Of a stretch of 64,000 nt of DNA, positions 27,209 to 44,531 are shown in pieces. Both the position numbers and the translations under genes were made by a program. Below the pieces are notes generated by a model that was given only the letters and a program-made list of their open reading frames with translations, was not told the DNA's origin and searched no databases. Each line of letters begins with the position of its first letter. Position 1 is the first letter of the stretch. This stretch comes from Ramazzottius varieornatus (Eukaryota > Animalia > Tardigrada): the NCBI GenBank assembly GCA_001949185.1, contig BDGG01000004.1, positions 3,505,777 to 3,569,776 on the forward strand, written 5' to 3'.

Positions 27209-29192
27209 TCTTGCTTGCGGGGAGGCCGGAGACGAATCCGCGACACAAGGGCTTCTTGAATGTTAGCTAACACACGACTAAAGTTCAAGATTGTGATCGG
27301 CCGCACGCTGCGCACTTTTTCACGTCTCTTCGCGGCGCAAAAATTCAAATGACAGACTGATCTTAGGAAAATACTCTCGTCGAATTCTTCGTCTTCTTTT
27401 CCTGTTCTCGATCTGCATGTTGCGGAATGAAGCGTCTTGGGATGGGTTTAGTTGTACAGATCAAGATTTATGTTAGTCTACTTTGCCCAAACTCCTTGAC
27501 TTGTGGCATATCAACGTCATTACTCTCTCCATCAAACGATCTCTTTCGCAGCTACCGAATGCGCTCTTCTCCATCGCTCTTCTATACAGAACTGTCATTT
27601 GTGACACTGTTTAAGGCAGCATCCTTCGCATAAAGACGATTATCCGCCCATATAATATGTCTTATGCCTTTCGAAAGATTCTTCGAGATCGTCTCTTGCC
27701 GATCACATCGTCCGCCCAAAATAACTCTTATGCGCATTCGCTGAAGCTGAGCTCTTTCAGTCTAGATCGATCTCGGCCATTAGTCAATGTGTTGTGGAGG
27801 AAGCGGAAAAGCCTACGGAACTTTTTTGGAAGTTGTCCCATCGAACGACGCAGACGCAAATGCCTCTCTTCCTTGTCGCTTCTGCGGCGTTACGCCGAAT
27901 GATGACGATAGCACTTTCCGGGAAATAAATTACATGGGCTTCTTCGAAGAAGCATAGGTGCTTCGTTGTGCCTAGGGGTCGGTGTCAAATAACGTTACTA
28001 CGTTGTTTATTAGGAATAGAAAACATATCATCGTTTTCTAAAAGTACAGTATTTGACACGTCCGCAAATGAGCTGAAGATGGTCGTTTCTTGGAGTGGCG
28101 CAAACCTTCAGCCAATAACAATTGAAACATGCGCTACTTGACGTAACGATCATGTCTAGTTCAAATGCCAGACGTCCCGTTTTCCGTCGGCAAAGTTTTA
28201 ATGTCAAAACGGTTAATTTCAAATTTGAACACTTGAGTTCCAGAGAACGACACGCATTCCAGCGTCTCGCTTTGAAGCAGTGTTGCTCCTTCCCCCGTGG
28301 TTATTCATAGCGTGGAAGAATGCACCAGTTCGTGCTCCTTAGCTGTTTACCTAATTGGAATTTGGATAGTTATGTGACATTCACAAGAGCTTCCCATTGC
28401 AAAATTTCATTACATTGAAACTAGATGATATTCCGCCCTTCCTTCGACAGGAATCGTTCCAACGGGGAGGAAGGGTCGACCAAAATAAATTCGCTCACGC
28501 AAATAATTAATTAGCGTGAACCGTTAAATGGTTCTTTTTTCTTTCTGCTCCAGCAGACAGATGGATATCTGGGATGGGCTTGAATAAGACACTATATTCG
28601 TTGAAAGTGATATGAGTGAATTACGTGTGTAAGGCAATTGACGGGTCACATCCGGCCATTACTACAGACAGTTGTTGCGTGTTATTTTATCGTCCATTTT
28701 GTGGCCACAGCTGCAGCTCCGATCATGACTCGACCTGTCTCCGGTGTCTTCCCTGACTAGCTGTCATATCTTGCGGTCTTTTTGTTGTTCGCAGGAACAG
28801 GCAGATACCGACAGCACGCGTGCAGACATCGTTAATGGCACAGCTCGCATTACAGACTCATTCACTTGTCAGACAAAAATCGGGAACCTCCTGATGACCC
28901 TTAGCACTGCCGGTAAACTTCGCTGGCGTGTAAGTTCATGTGTTATGTGCTATGTTAACTGGGTCAGTATTTTTATGTGCAGATTTTAGGGACCATGATC
29001 TTGACATTTTTTGGGGAAAAACACCACGAAGACTTTCAATAGTATTCGTTCCTCGGAGTTGTAAAGAGGCTGTAGGGTCTTTCTGCAGGAAGATTGTGTT
29101 GCTGGCTATTCATCGTACATTTCAGCTGTCATCAGGAAAATAGGTAATAGCTTCCATATATGTGAGGCTTGAAATCCGATCTGCTATATTCT

Positions 29193-29309
29193 GTACACGC
29201 GCCTGGCCTAAATGTGGGGATGGACAAAAATGTGGNNNNNNNNNNNNNNNNNNNNNNNNNNNNNNNNNNNNNNNNNNNNNNNNNNCACATTTAGGCCAGG
29301 CACGTGTAC
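29193..29309. mobile_element. MITE-like element spanning an assembly gap
   Basis: GTACACGCGCCTGGCCTAAATGTG ... N50 ... CACATTTAGGCCAGGCACGTGTAC; 24-bp TIRs with one mismatch. Confidence 0.7.
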
Positions 29310-31126
29310 GGCTAATCCCATTCGGAGCAGCACGAAACCAAAACACTCTCACATTTGCTTCAGTCTAGATATCCGTGCTTCTTAAAGTTCTGTGGGAAAA
29401 AGCGAGCATGTTCGGATGTAAGTCTTCCCTGTACCCACGCTCACTCTAGACTGATATGAAAGTTTCAGACCGGGAAGAGGAGCAATTTGGTCGTCGCTGA
29501 TTGCGGTTGGACGCTGATCTAGATCAGTCCTCACATTTGTCATGGAGTAATGTGCGAAGCGTCCGGCTCGAAAGGGCGTGATTTTCCATGACATGAATCA
29601 GCTTCTTTCTAACGTGCCGATAGTCGAAGAGATTGATAGCTCTTTAAGGCGTCCATCCAGTCAGCCAGATCGCTATTTTGTCGCCACTCTCATGCTTCGT
29701 AAAGTATGAATGTTTTCCCATTCTGTCGACGTCAAAGGATGGACTGATGTACGTATTCCATGTCGCTTAGTGGCGGTAAACGTTTTACATCAGATGATAA
29801 TGTTTTGGTACGGGTGCCTGATTCGGAAACACGAAGGAAATTTTACGAAGGATAGCGAGCAACTTAGATCAAGGAGAAACCGTTGATCGAACTTCAAGGA
29901 ACCGAAAGTACCTCGTGAAGCCCCACATTGCCAGATTCGAACTGGCCAGGATAAGACCTGATACGAATATTAGTTTTTCAATAACTAGTAGTTCTGTGCA
30001 TCTGAATCTCACGGTCCGTATGCAAACACAGTGCGTGAAGCTGTGGAATGTGGTGGGGTATATAGACCTTGGCATCCGGTTCCTGCGGTGGCGCCACCCA
30101 TCCGTTCATTCGTACGCCAGATGGCGCTCTCCTGCAATGGTGACGGCGCCGTTCTCTATCATTCTCAAGATTTGGATGTAAATTCAGACACCTGAATATG
30201 TTTTCAGCGGGTCTTATCTTGTACCCATTGGATATTTTGCGATGATTTGATGAAGTTCTGTTTTTCTAGGCCCGATATCAGAAGGCATTACTAGTTCACC
30301 CACGAGCTCGGTGTACATGTTAAACAGAGTGGGAAACTGGCAAGCCAGCCCGTAGCGCTCCACGAGGCAATAACTTGAAATTCTGCCACGGGCTCCGAAC
30401 AATGGCTCGAAATTTCGAAGCTTCGAACCAAACGAGGTAGTACGAAGCTTCACGCATCTTCCGCGCCACTTCGAGCACAGCGGCAGGTCGGCATGCGGGT
30501 CCGTAATTGGCCGTAGACTACCGCGTACGAAAGTATGAACAGAGCCTTGGGCGGTGAAAAGTAGCAGAAGCAAAGCTCGTGCGAGAGCATACATTCTTCT
30601 GAAGACCAAGATTAGGCGCAGTCAGCATTATAACGGCGAGGCTGATGGAAAAGAAGGCAGGCGCGGCGCGCGGTAACGACGTCTGCATGTATGCAACGGG
30701 TGCGCTTGACTTACTCTCGTCAAAAAAAAGCTTGCTGTGGTTCTTCACTTTATACACAGCATTTGGCAGCAAACTTACGTACTATATCTGCAAATGTTGA
30801 GCTACCCTTTGCACCACTTCGCCTCTGCTTGAAATAGTTCTTCCACTCCAACGTCGTCTACGTCAAGGTTTACTCCCTGTATTCTTTCAAGAAGTCACTA
30901 CGTCATGGTTAGAAACCTAACCCAAGGTTCCACCGTGTACCTTGTAGTTCCTCTTGACAACATGCTCGCCTGAAAAACACCAAGGACGTGTGGTCTCAGT
31001 TTGTTTTCCGTGAAATTATCGATCGACTTGTCTAGCTGACGCCGTGCTGTTCGAACGGAAGCTCGATAGTTGGCTGTTGATGAATGCGGACTGAATTATT
31101 CGAATATTGCTCTGGAGGACCTCGAT

Positions 31127-34100
31127 ATGGGATCTCTTCTGGAGGACATACCCTATCGGGATCTGCAGTTCAAGGAGGTATGAGCTCATTAAAAATTTTT
31201 ATTCCCTCTTTCAAGTTACGACCAAGAGCAAAGGCGAACTAAAATTAGACGACAACATTGTGTTGTTGATGAAAGAATTTTTTTATTACAAGGATGTTGC
31301 GTCAAAGATTCATCTCGTGCCTCTCAATAGCCTTCTCATGGTTCAAAATGTTTATATAAGGGCCGCATCCAAATATTTATAGTAGGCAGCACCTGACCTT
31401 TCTGAATGCCAGGTCTTTGTCGTCGGAAGCCAGATACGTTTTTTATGGTGCTTCCCCGAACTAGGGTGCAGCTTTCGAAGCACCGAAGGCACGTCTGTGG
31501 CCCATGTGAAATAAGTAGCAGCCTGGGACTGATCAAAGTCACAGCTGTTCGCACTCGTTTACACTACGGTCGTACCAGCAAGAAAAACATTGACGGTTGC
31601 GGGATCTGTGGCTTCTGATTCACTATACCACTGTGTTTGCAGGTTGTTGGACGAGGATCTTTCGGAGTTGTCTATCGCGGTAAGTACCCATCTTACCTCT
31701 TTTCATAAACATTTATGAATGATTTGCTTATTAATTTATAGCAAAATGGAAAGGCCAGATTGTCGCAATCAAGAGAGCGGAAACCGAGACCGAGTTACAG
31801 TCTTTCCGGATGGAGGTAAGAAGAATTCGGCAAATATCCGGCTGGTAAGGTTGTTCGATTCGCGATGATATCATATACGCCGAAACGCTTGTGCTTCCGT
31901 GTAGGTGCAGCAGCTTCAGCGCGTGTGCCATCCAAACATCATTACCATCCTCGGAGTTTCCTCCGACGAGTCCCAGAACCCCTTGTGCCTTGTCATGGAG
32001 TTCGCTGATTGTGGATCGCTGTATAATTGTAAGTACTTAGCCATTGTCGCTGCAAAACATTTCATAGGATCCATGTGAATCGAAAGAAAGTATGACGATG
32101 TGTCGTTTGTTATACTTAGTGCTTCACGGGGAAGATATCCCACAGTATTCCTGCTCTCACGCTGTTAGGTACAGTACTTCCGAGCTTATCCCGTCTATCG
32201 ATTTATTTCACTAATCTTCCGTTTCTTTACAGTTGGCTCCTGCAATGCGCCCGGGGAGTTGCTTATTTGCACAATATGAGACCGAAACCGCTAATACATC
32301 GCGATTTGAAGCCTCCTAAGTAAGATCGATCACAAACCCACTAAGTATCTCGAACTGGCTAAGCACCTGTTTTCCATTTTTACAGTATCCTACTGACCGA
32401 CTCTGGTCGACAGTGCAAGCTTTGTGATTTCGGTACAGCCTGCGAGGCGCGGACGTACCTCACGAACAATAGGGTGAGTTGATTACTGGATATGACTAAC
32501 ATCCTTTTATGGCTCGAAGGGCCAAAGTCCGCCGCGTTTCTCTTGTCCGCCTATTACTAACTTAATGACATCTGAACCTTCAGGGATCGGCGGCTTGGAT
32601 GGCGCCAGAGGTCTTTGAGAGTAAGCCAATTCACGTTTTTTTATTGCATGACTAATCACAGTACCGCATTATTGAAAAAGGGGTTTCTTTTTGTAGGTAA
32701 CAAATACACTGAAAAGTGTGATGTATTTTCATTCGGAATCATCATATGGGAAGTCCTAACAAGAAGGTGATAAAATTGTGATCATTGCTTAGGTGATGGT
32801 TTTCCAAATGGAACTTATTTTTGTAGGCGCCCTTACGACGAAGCCGGAGGGAATATTTACCGGATTATGTGGGCAATCCACCGAGGTAAAGACCAGCCTG
32901 CCTACGGTGTGTCTAGAAACAGGAACCGCTAATTGACAAGGTTTTCCCATCTTTAGGTATAAGGCCGCCGCTAATCCGAGGTTGTCCAGCACTGATTGAA
33001 ACCCTAATGACCCAATGTTGGGCGAAAGACCCTCAGGAAAGACCCCGAATGATTGAAGTTGTCAAAATACTGGAAATTGTCTTCAAGAAACTGCATGGTG
33101 CCAGTTTGCCGGTTCAGTGGAAAAAGTCAAACAAGGATCTCCCTCACGTACGATCGGACAGTCAAGGTATGGCGTCGTCGTTTTTCCGTCTACCTCAAGT
33201 ACCATGTCAAATGGACTGGCGGACATGCCAGCCGACATGCAAGCCGACATGCAAGCCGACATCCATTGTATAAATACATGATTAATGGTCTTTGTTTTTC
33301 GCAGTGTTAAAGAAGCGAGATGGGTCACTTGAACGGCGGACCATCGTGCCACAATCGACACCTGCCCAGCCTCAAATGGAAACAGTATTATGCCGCAGTC
33401 ATGACGCGCAGGGCTCTTCACCGCTTCACAAAAGCCAATCAGGTCCCGTCGAAAAATTCTGCGTTTAATTCAGTGGATATTCCGGACAAAGTCACCCGAG
33501 AATTTTTTGAACGGACAACGGAAAATATTAATCTAGTTATTTTTAACAGATGACACCATTTGCCACTCCAACACATTGAATATCATACCCGTGGTGGTAA
33601 GTCTACCTTACCATTTGATAAATGTACTTCAAATGAGACTATATCCGTATTTTTGTGTAGGAAGCTGAAGCAGAGCCGTCAGTGCGCTACACGACATTAC
33701 ACGAGCACCAGCCATTGAATCGGTCAAGCGTGAACCGTCTACGTAACCACCTATTTGAAATGGGTCTTGACGAACACCTGGCCGAGCTGGCTGACTTCAT
33801 GCAGCCTCCTCGTTACAATTACTCTTCAACGGTAGAGTTCGGTTCGGGCAACAGCCTAAACGATCGGGACGATCATGGCTTCGTCGAGTTCAACACTGTT
33901 ACAACATCCAGTACCCAAAGAGGGTCCCCCACCCGCATTGCATCCGGTGGTGCGGTTCGCCCCGTCACACTGGACTTCATCGGGCCTTCATCCTCTGGAA
34001 TGCGTTTGTGTAAGTCACTGAGGTTGTGGTACCAACCCCAGACCTCTCACGGCAAGGAAGTACGAACTAATTCGCGACCATGAGACATACTGATAGAAGT

Positions 34101-34461
34101 CAGGTATTGCATACAATTCAATGATGGATTTACCCGGCTTCTATTCGGATATTTTCTACTGGGACATCTCATAAACTATTATCCCATAGATTATTATTTT
34201 GCAGCTTTCAAGCCCAGCCAAATATCCACTCAAATCGACATGAGAGCCAGTCCAGCTGTTCGACGATTACAAAGTCTGACGCTGGAAATGTCCTCACCTC
34301 CCGGCAGCTCTGTAGCCAGCCCGGTCACCACCGTCTTCCAGCGGCACTTCAGTTATGGGAGCGGTATGCCTTCGGATACAGACGACGACGACACGTGTCA
34401 CTCCATCAGTTCTCTTCCTCCCCACTTCACAGTCCGCGAGCTGGATCATGCCAAGCTGTAG
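31127..34461 (+). CDS. TAK1/MAP3K7-like kinase, multi-exon
   Basis: [50 protein letters not shown]|[33 protein letters not shown] and RIMWAIH are TAK1 signatures. The C-terminal exons are less certain. Confidence 0.88.
33223..33263. repeat. 12-bp tandem repeat (GACATGCAAGCC) x~3.5 in an intron
   Basis: gacatgccagcc gacatgcaagcc gacatgcaagcc gacatc. Confidence 0.8.
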
Positions 34462-35000
34462 CTATGGGGAGGCCTTGGCGACCGCATCAGGCGACAATCT
34501 ATTTTTAGCCCTTGAACTGTCGCATTTTTAGTTGATTAGGTCGTAAAAATTGCCCTGTCGACAAAGTGCTGTCCTCAGCTTGACGTATTTTTATAATCGC
34601 ACTGAAATACCATCTAACAAACCATCTGTGATAAAATCCGGAAGGACGAAAGACTCTTGCAGAGCTCCTCTGGCAGTCCATACGAGAAATTTTACTGAGC
34701 TGAATTTTATAGAAAAGGAATAGGGATAGGTTGAATTACCTAGAGCAAAATTCCCCCGACGAGGTTGAGAAAAATAGAAGTTGCTACGATCGAATCCAAA
34801 CAGCGAAAGTTCACCGTGTGGACCATTCCTCACAGGAACCTGGAATGACTAGACTCTACAGGAAATAGCTAAATCGCTAAAATATAAAACCATAAATACA
34901 GGAGAATACCAACGTGCAGGTATAGGAAGACCGACAAGCTTTACTAACTGCTGTCGTCAGAGTTTAATCACAACGAAGGAATATTTGGCATGCACGAACG

Positions 35001-39323
<4,323 letters not shown>

Positions 39324-40071
39324 TCCAAAGACGGTGTGTTGCTGAACTTGCTGTGTCAGCAGTGCATCCACAAACAAATGATGGTTATGCAGTTGACTTC
39401 TATATTAGGAGCAACATCTGGGAGACCATCGATGAGGACTATCTTTCTTCAAAGTCTCTTGCAGTAAACCTTCTATGAGCCTGGGATAAACAAGCGCAGA
39501 CCGTCATAAAACGGAAAATAAAATACCCTATCTCGGCTGATAAGGAGCGAGAGAGGTGTCTGCCGAGGCCAGTCTGGTCTGGGCTGGCTGGCGAGCTCTG
39601 AATGAAATCTGCGCGGTGACGCACGGTACGATGCGTGTGTACAAGATTGATCGACAGGATGACGTAACTGGATCGCTTCTAGTTGACATTCGGACCGTGT
39701 TCACCTGTTTTCCTTCGGTTTTCCATTGCTTTTGTGCAGGGCGAGCAGACTCGAGACATCTGACGTTATATACGTGAAAAGAAAAATCGATGAGTCAGCG
39801 ACTGCGGTTTGTTTACCAAATGTTCGCCCTTGATTTTTGATTGTGCGCTAGTTCTGCTCCTGCTTTTCATGATCCCAATTCATCCGGAATCTTCCGGTTC
39901 CTTCTGCCCAACCTGGCAGGTGGTCACCGGAAGTTAGCTTTGGATGTTCATGTGTTGCTCGTTCTTTTTTGGGAAACCACGGAACAAATCCGTGAGATCC
40001 GCTGCTCTGTCTCCAGGATTGGAATGTTCCTATTCGAACTTCGGAGTTGCTAGTCGTTCAAGCTCGCTCAC

Positions 40072-40259
40072 TTGAGGGATTGCGGAAACCAGTCAGGGAC
40101 GAGACGTCAGGATCAGGATCAGGAAATCCATNNNNNNNNNNNNNNNNNNNNNNNNNNNNNNNNNNNNNNNNNNNNNNNNNNGCATCAATGAATCAGTGAA
40201 TGGACTTCCTGATTCTGATCCTGACGCCTCGTCGCTGACAGGTTTCCGCAATCTCTTAA
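40072..40259. mobile_element. Inverted-repeat element (~60-bp arms) spanning an assembly gap, between CDK14 and METTL16
   Basis: GATTGCGGAAACCAGTCAGGGACGAGACGTCAGGATCAGG...; the right arm is its near reverse complement and ends in TTAA. Confidence 0.7.
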
Positions 40260-40440
40260 CTGAACCATAGCGTAGCAAGTAAGTACCTGCATTAGGCCAG
40301 ACGCAGCGATCGAGCTCATCGACGTAGACGTTGTTCGTCAAGAGCTAATCGATTCAAACCGTAACAGCGTTGGTGCGGTTTCAGGTGTCGAAACAAGCGA
40401 GGACCAAAAAGCTTCTTTCTCGATTCCCGACCATCGGACC

Positions 40441-42129
40441 ATGGCATTCAACAGGTTTATGCATCCCCGAAATCCGTACAAAGACCATCCGCCCAACTTC
40501 AAAGAACTTGCTCAGCAGTATCCGGAACTTTCCAACTACATGGTCGAAGACACAGAGCAAGATGTAAGCAAGCAAGGGAGCAAGATCTCCGCCAAGCTGA
40601 ACTTTTCAGAGCCGGCTGCTTTGCGAGCGTTAACTTGCGCTCTGCTCCACCGCGACTTCAACCTAACGATAGAAATCCCGTTAAACAAGCTCATTCCGAC
40701 TGTTCCTTCTCGATTAAACTACCTTCTATGGGTCCAAGACTTACTTGCAGCTGCCGGTAGCATTAACGGTCAAGGCGGTGGCGGAAGTAAAGTCATGGGG
40801 CTCGATATAGGAACTGGTGCGTCGTGCATCTATCCACTTCTAGGATGTCGGCTAGATCCGACTTGGTGTTTTGTGGCCACTGAATACGATCAAGAAGCTC
40901 TAGAATATGCACGCGCTAATGTCGAACGAAACGGCTTGGGTGAGCGAGTCAAAGGTAAGACGGCAGTTTACACAGTATACTGTAGTATGATATGGTAAGT
41001 TTGTCTACGAGTAATTCTAAAAAGTGTTGTTAGTTACAGTTCTCGAAGCGAATTCTGCCGGACATCTCTCATATCCTGTCAACGCTGCCAACACTCATTT
41101 TGACTTCTCGATGTGTAATCCGCCTTTTTTTGAGTCGGCAGCAGAACGCGAAGAAAAAGCTTCATACAAGCCTCCGAAACATGCTTCCAACCCGATCGCA
41201 GAGTCCGACGCTGTTACCCAAGGAGGAGAAGTCGCATTCGTTGCGAAGATGATTGACGAAAGCGAAACGCTCCAGAACAAGATTGGGTAATAAAATAATA
41301 TTTATCTCCGTCGATATACGGTTTTTTATGCAGTTCTGCTGTTCTCGCTGTAGAATCTACACGTCACTGCTGGGAAAGAAAGCAAGTCTTGCTCCGTTGA
41401 AGAAGTTGCTGTATTCTCGCTCGATCTCTTTCATCACCACGGAATTCTGTCAAGGTCGAACTATGCGCTGGGGTCTCGCCTGGTCACTTTGTGTGGACCT
41501 TACAGGTTCCGCATTCAAAGACGTAGGGTCTCACCTCCATGTCGAGAAACCTCTTACATGTACCCACGACTTTGGTCCCGTCTCGGAAACCCAAAGAATG
41601 TCGATCTGTCTGAGAGCCATAGAGCTGTTAGAGAAGGATCTCAAGATGGATGTCACCAGCAGTCGATTCGGGAAAGAAAGATCGACGTGGCTGGTCAGTG
41701 CGACTTCGAACTTATGGTCGAACCAGCGGCGAAAGCGAAGAGCTCAATTGCATGCCAACGGACGAGCAAAGGTAAACTGTTGGATCGGAGATCGCTTTCT
41801 CGAGCTCGAAATGTTTTGTGACTTCGGGCTAACCAGGTGTATGGACTTTGCAGAATGGTACAGAACAGGAGAAAGGCCAAGATATGGGACACCCATCGAC
41901 TTCCGGTTCGTCGTCTGCACGTGAAAGTTTCAGCCCCGAGAGCGAAGAACTCGTTCATGCTTCCGAAAAGAACGATGTGGTAAATTTTGCTGTGACTTTC
42001 AAATCGACAGAGCTGTCATACCTGTATGAGTTGTCTTGGATAAGTGGACAAAACCGCGAACATCTGAATCAGATTCACGTGTTCTTGATTAACAAACTCA
42101 CAGCAGCAGCGGCAGCTGGTTTCTCTTGA
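40441..42129 (+). CDS. METTL16: RNA m6A methyltransferase METTL16 (U6 snRNA), multi-exon
   Basis: MHPRNPYK, LIPTVPSRLNY, GLDIGTGASCIYPLLG, MCNPPFF, GGEVAFV, TEFCQGRTMRWGLAWS and WSNQRRKRR. Confidence 0.95.
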
Positions 42130-42743
42130 TTTTGTCATTTTTTGTGCGTACGGTATTTGCTGGTTCCTGGTCATTTCCTACTTGCCTGATCTGTAGATTC
42201 TAATACCGATAGCTTTACGAAACTTCCAAGAACCTTTTGTGTTTGCTTGATAGAGTTGTGAGCCGAAGTTGAACATTCGTCGTCCAATGTATCTAACTGG
42301 ACTGTGGTCCATCGGAGTGGCTCTGGGCCTCTGGCAGTTTGCATGATCCTATCGGTGCGCTGGGTCATAGCTCATCCAGCCTTTGCTCAATCAACCTTTA
42401 CCAATCAACCCTTTGAACCTGCTAAAATTTCCTAAAATTAAAGCAGAGAGACTAGAGATCTCTCTGCCTAAAGTATTTGGCGTTCTGCTGTCACTTTTGG
42501 AGTCTGTCACGTCTTAGTTCTTCTGGCTTTTGCTCTATTACGGAAGCCATACCTTGCGTCGCCTTCGCTCTAAGTGGAGCTCACGGTGAGTCAAAGCTGT
42601 GCTGCTTGATGCATCCCATCGATCGAACTCATCATGCATTCTCCTCTTTAGGCCATACTGATCTGTCGAAGGAAGGATTGTTCCAGAATCGAATATTCCA
42701 GATTTTGTTGTTCGACTCCTGCCGCCGGGGCACCGTCTTAGTA

Positions 42744-43376
42744 ATGTCCGGACCAGTATCGTCCACGGGAGCATTCTTTCACATCCGAGACTTACGGCAT
42801 GGTATGAAAAACCTCAACGTGGAATTTATGATTCTCGAGCCATCTGGTATGAATCGCACGAAAGACGGTGACCAAGTATGGGTGTTCAAGATTGCTGACA
42901 GCACAGCTGCAATAAACTTCGCGGTGATCGGAGATGCCGGAGGATTTCTACGCCCTGGCGATATCTGCAAAGTTTTGAACGGTTTCTGCACCATGTTCAA
43001 GAACGCACTTACCTTCTACGTCGGAAAGCAGGGAACGTTTAGAAGAACTGGAGACTTCTGCTTCGTGATCTCCGAAGAAATCAATATGAGTGATCCTACG
43101 ATAAAGCTTCCGGAAGTATCGACGGAAGCTTACAAGCAAAGAGCGGTGCCACATCAAAGTTCGGAACGACGGGATTCACGGGAGAAGCCTTCCTCTTCGA
43201 CCAGCTCTTCTACCTCCGGTCAAAGATCGCCAGCAGCTGCGCAACTTCCGCCTGTTCCGGGTCGACCTACAGTATCTTCATCCCAGGTCTCTCAGTCTTC
43301 GAAAGCACCAACTGGTCCAACTCACCACGTTACGAAAAGCTCGTCAGACCATTCGCGAGGCATACAGTCACGCTGA
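42744..43376 (+). CDS. NABP: SOSS complex subunit B (OB-fold ssDNA-binding protein)
   Basis: IRDLRHGMKNLNVEFMILE..TKDGDQVWVFKIADSTAAIN...LRPGDIC...LTFYVGKQG...GDFCFVISEEINMSDP, followed by a Ser/Pro-rich tail. Confidence 0.9.
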   Translation: MSGPVSSTGAFFHIRDLRHGMKNLNVEFMILEPSGMNRTKDGDQVWVFKIADSTAAINFAVIGDAGGFLRPGDICKVLNGFCTMFKNALTFYVGKQGTFRRTGDFCFVISEEINMSDPTIKLPEVSTEAYKQRAVPHQSSERRDSREKPSSSTSSSTSGQRSPAAAQLPPVPGRPTVSSSQVSQSSKAPTGPTHHVTKSSSDHSRGIQSR

Positions 43377-43895
43377 TGAGGAACAGTGTCCCCGCAACTT
43401 GTGAACCCGCACTTAACTGTTTCCAACGATTGTTCATTGTTGGTTTGTATTTCTGTCTTGTACTCAGTACTCGCCGAGTTCAACTTGTTCCTACTGGTCT
43501 AACCGATCTCAGAAGATACGCACATCACTCGGTTGTTTTGATCCTCCTTTCCAGTTCCTTTGCGGTTTTTACAATGCCACTATTGTTCATTTGATTCCCA
43601 AGAGTTGCGTACCCTGGCCGGGCGTAACAATAACAAGCTGGTGCTCGTTATTGCCCTTTTTGAGAACTGCGATATCAACCACCCCTGGAAAGAAGACCTC
43701 ACCAAGAAAGTAAAAGCCCCCTCTCTCAATAGCTGCTTAAAATCCCATTTATTGTCGAGGGCCGAAGTAGTGAAAAGCACGAAAGCTTCCCGAATGCTTA
43801 CGCATCGTCTTTATCAACCGTCACGAAGGCGGAAGCCAGTCCAGAATATGAATTAATCAAGTTCTTGTTGAAATCATGACGAGTGGACAAAGCGA

Positions 43896-44531
43896 TTACA
43901 GATTGCTGGACTTTGCTCCACCAGCATCAGCATTAGAGTTGGGACCACGTCGTCGGCCGAAAGTAGCAACAACGTTAACGAATCGGCGATTGTACTGTTG
44001 TCGTCTCTTGGCACGGCCAGTCTTCTTCTTCTTCTTTTCCTGCTTCTCGACTTTCGGCGTTTGACCACGCACCTTACCGGCACGAGCCAAAGAACCGTGC
44101 ACCTTTCCTGTAACGAAAAAAGCATCAGTCGACCGCCGCACCAGCATGTCCAACCAGAGATCTTAGATCTTAGAGCCACCACGGAAATCCCGAAAGAAAA
44201 AACTCACCTCCTAACAGCCGCTGTGAAAGGAAAATTTGCGTGTATGGAGTGCCCAGACCATAGTCAGCCAGGGTCATTTCGTTGTCCGAAAGATTGTTGG
44301 TTCCAGTCCTGAGATACAACTCTTCCACAGACTGCAGAGCCAACTTTTCGGCAACCAAACCCTAGAAAACAAAACAAGATGGTCAATCAAGTACCGGAAC
44401 GGCACATCTAATTGATTCAAACTGAGCAGACATCTTTCAAAGCAACTCACCATCAAATTTCCCACGCTCATCTCTCGTCTGGCGTTGATGATGTGGGTTG
44501 AGTCCATCATTAGGCAAAGGGGAAGATCCAT
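43896..44531 (-). CDS. FAU: Ubiquitin-like FUBI-ribosomal protein eS30 fusion (3 coding exons)
   Basis: Divergent Ubl ending RLLGG, spliced to [46 protein letters not shown]. The start is approximate. Confidence 0.93.

Noticed and set aside
30214-30772. 131-aa and 84-aa minus-strand ORFs upstream of the TAK1-like gene; GAGGTAGTA resembling a let-7 seed
   Set aside because: No domain or splice support, and no let-7 mature sequence or convincing hairpin.
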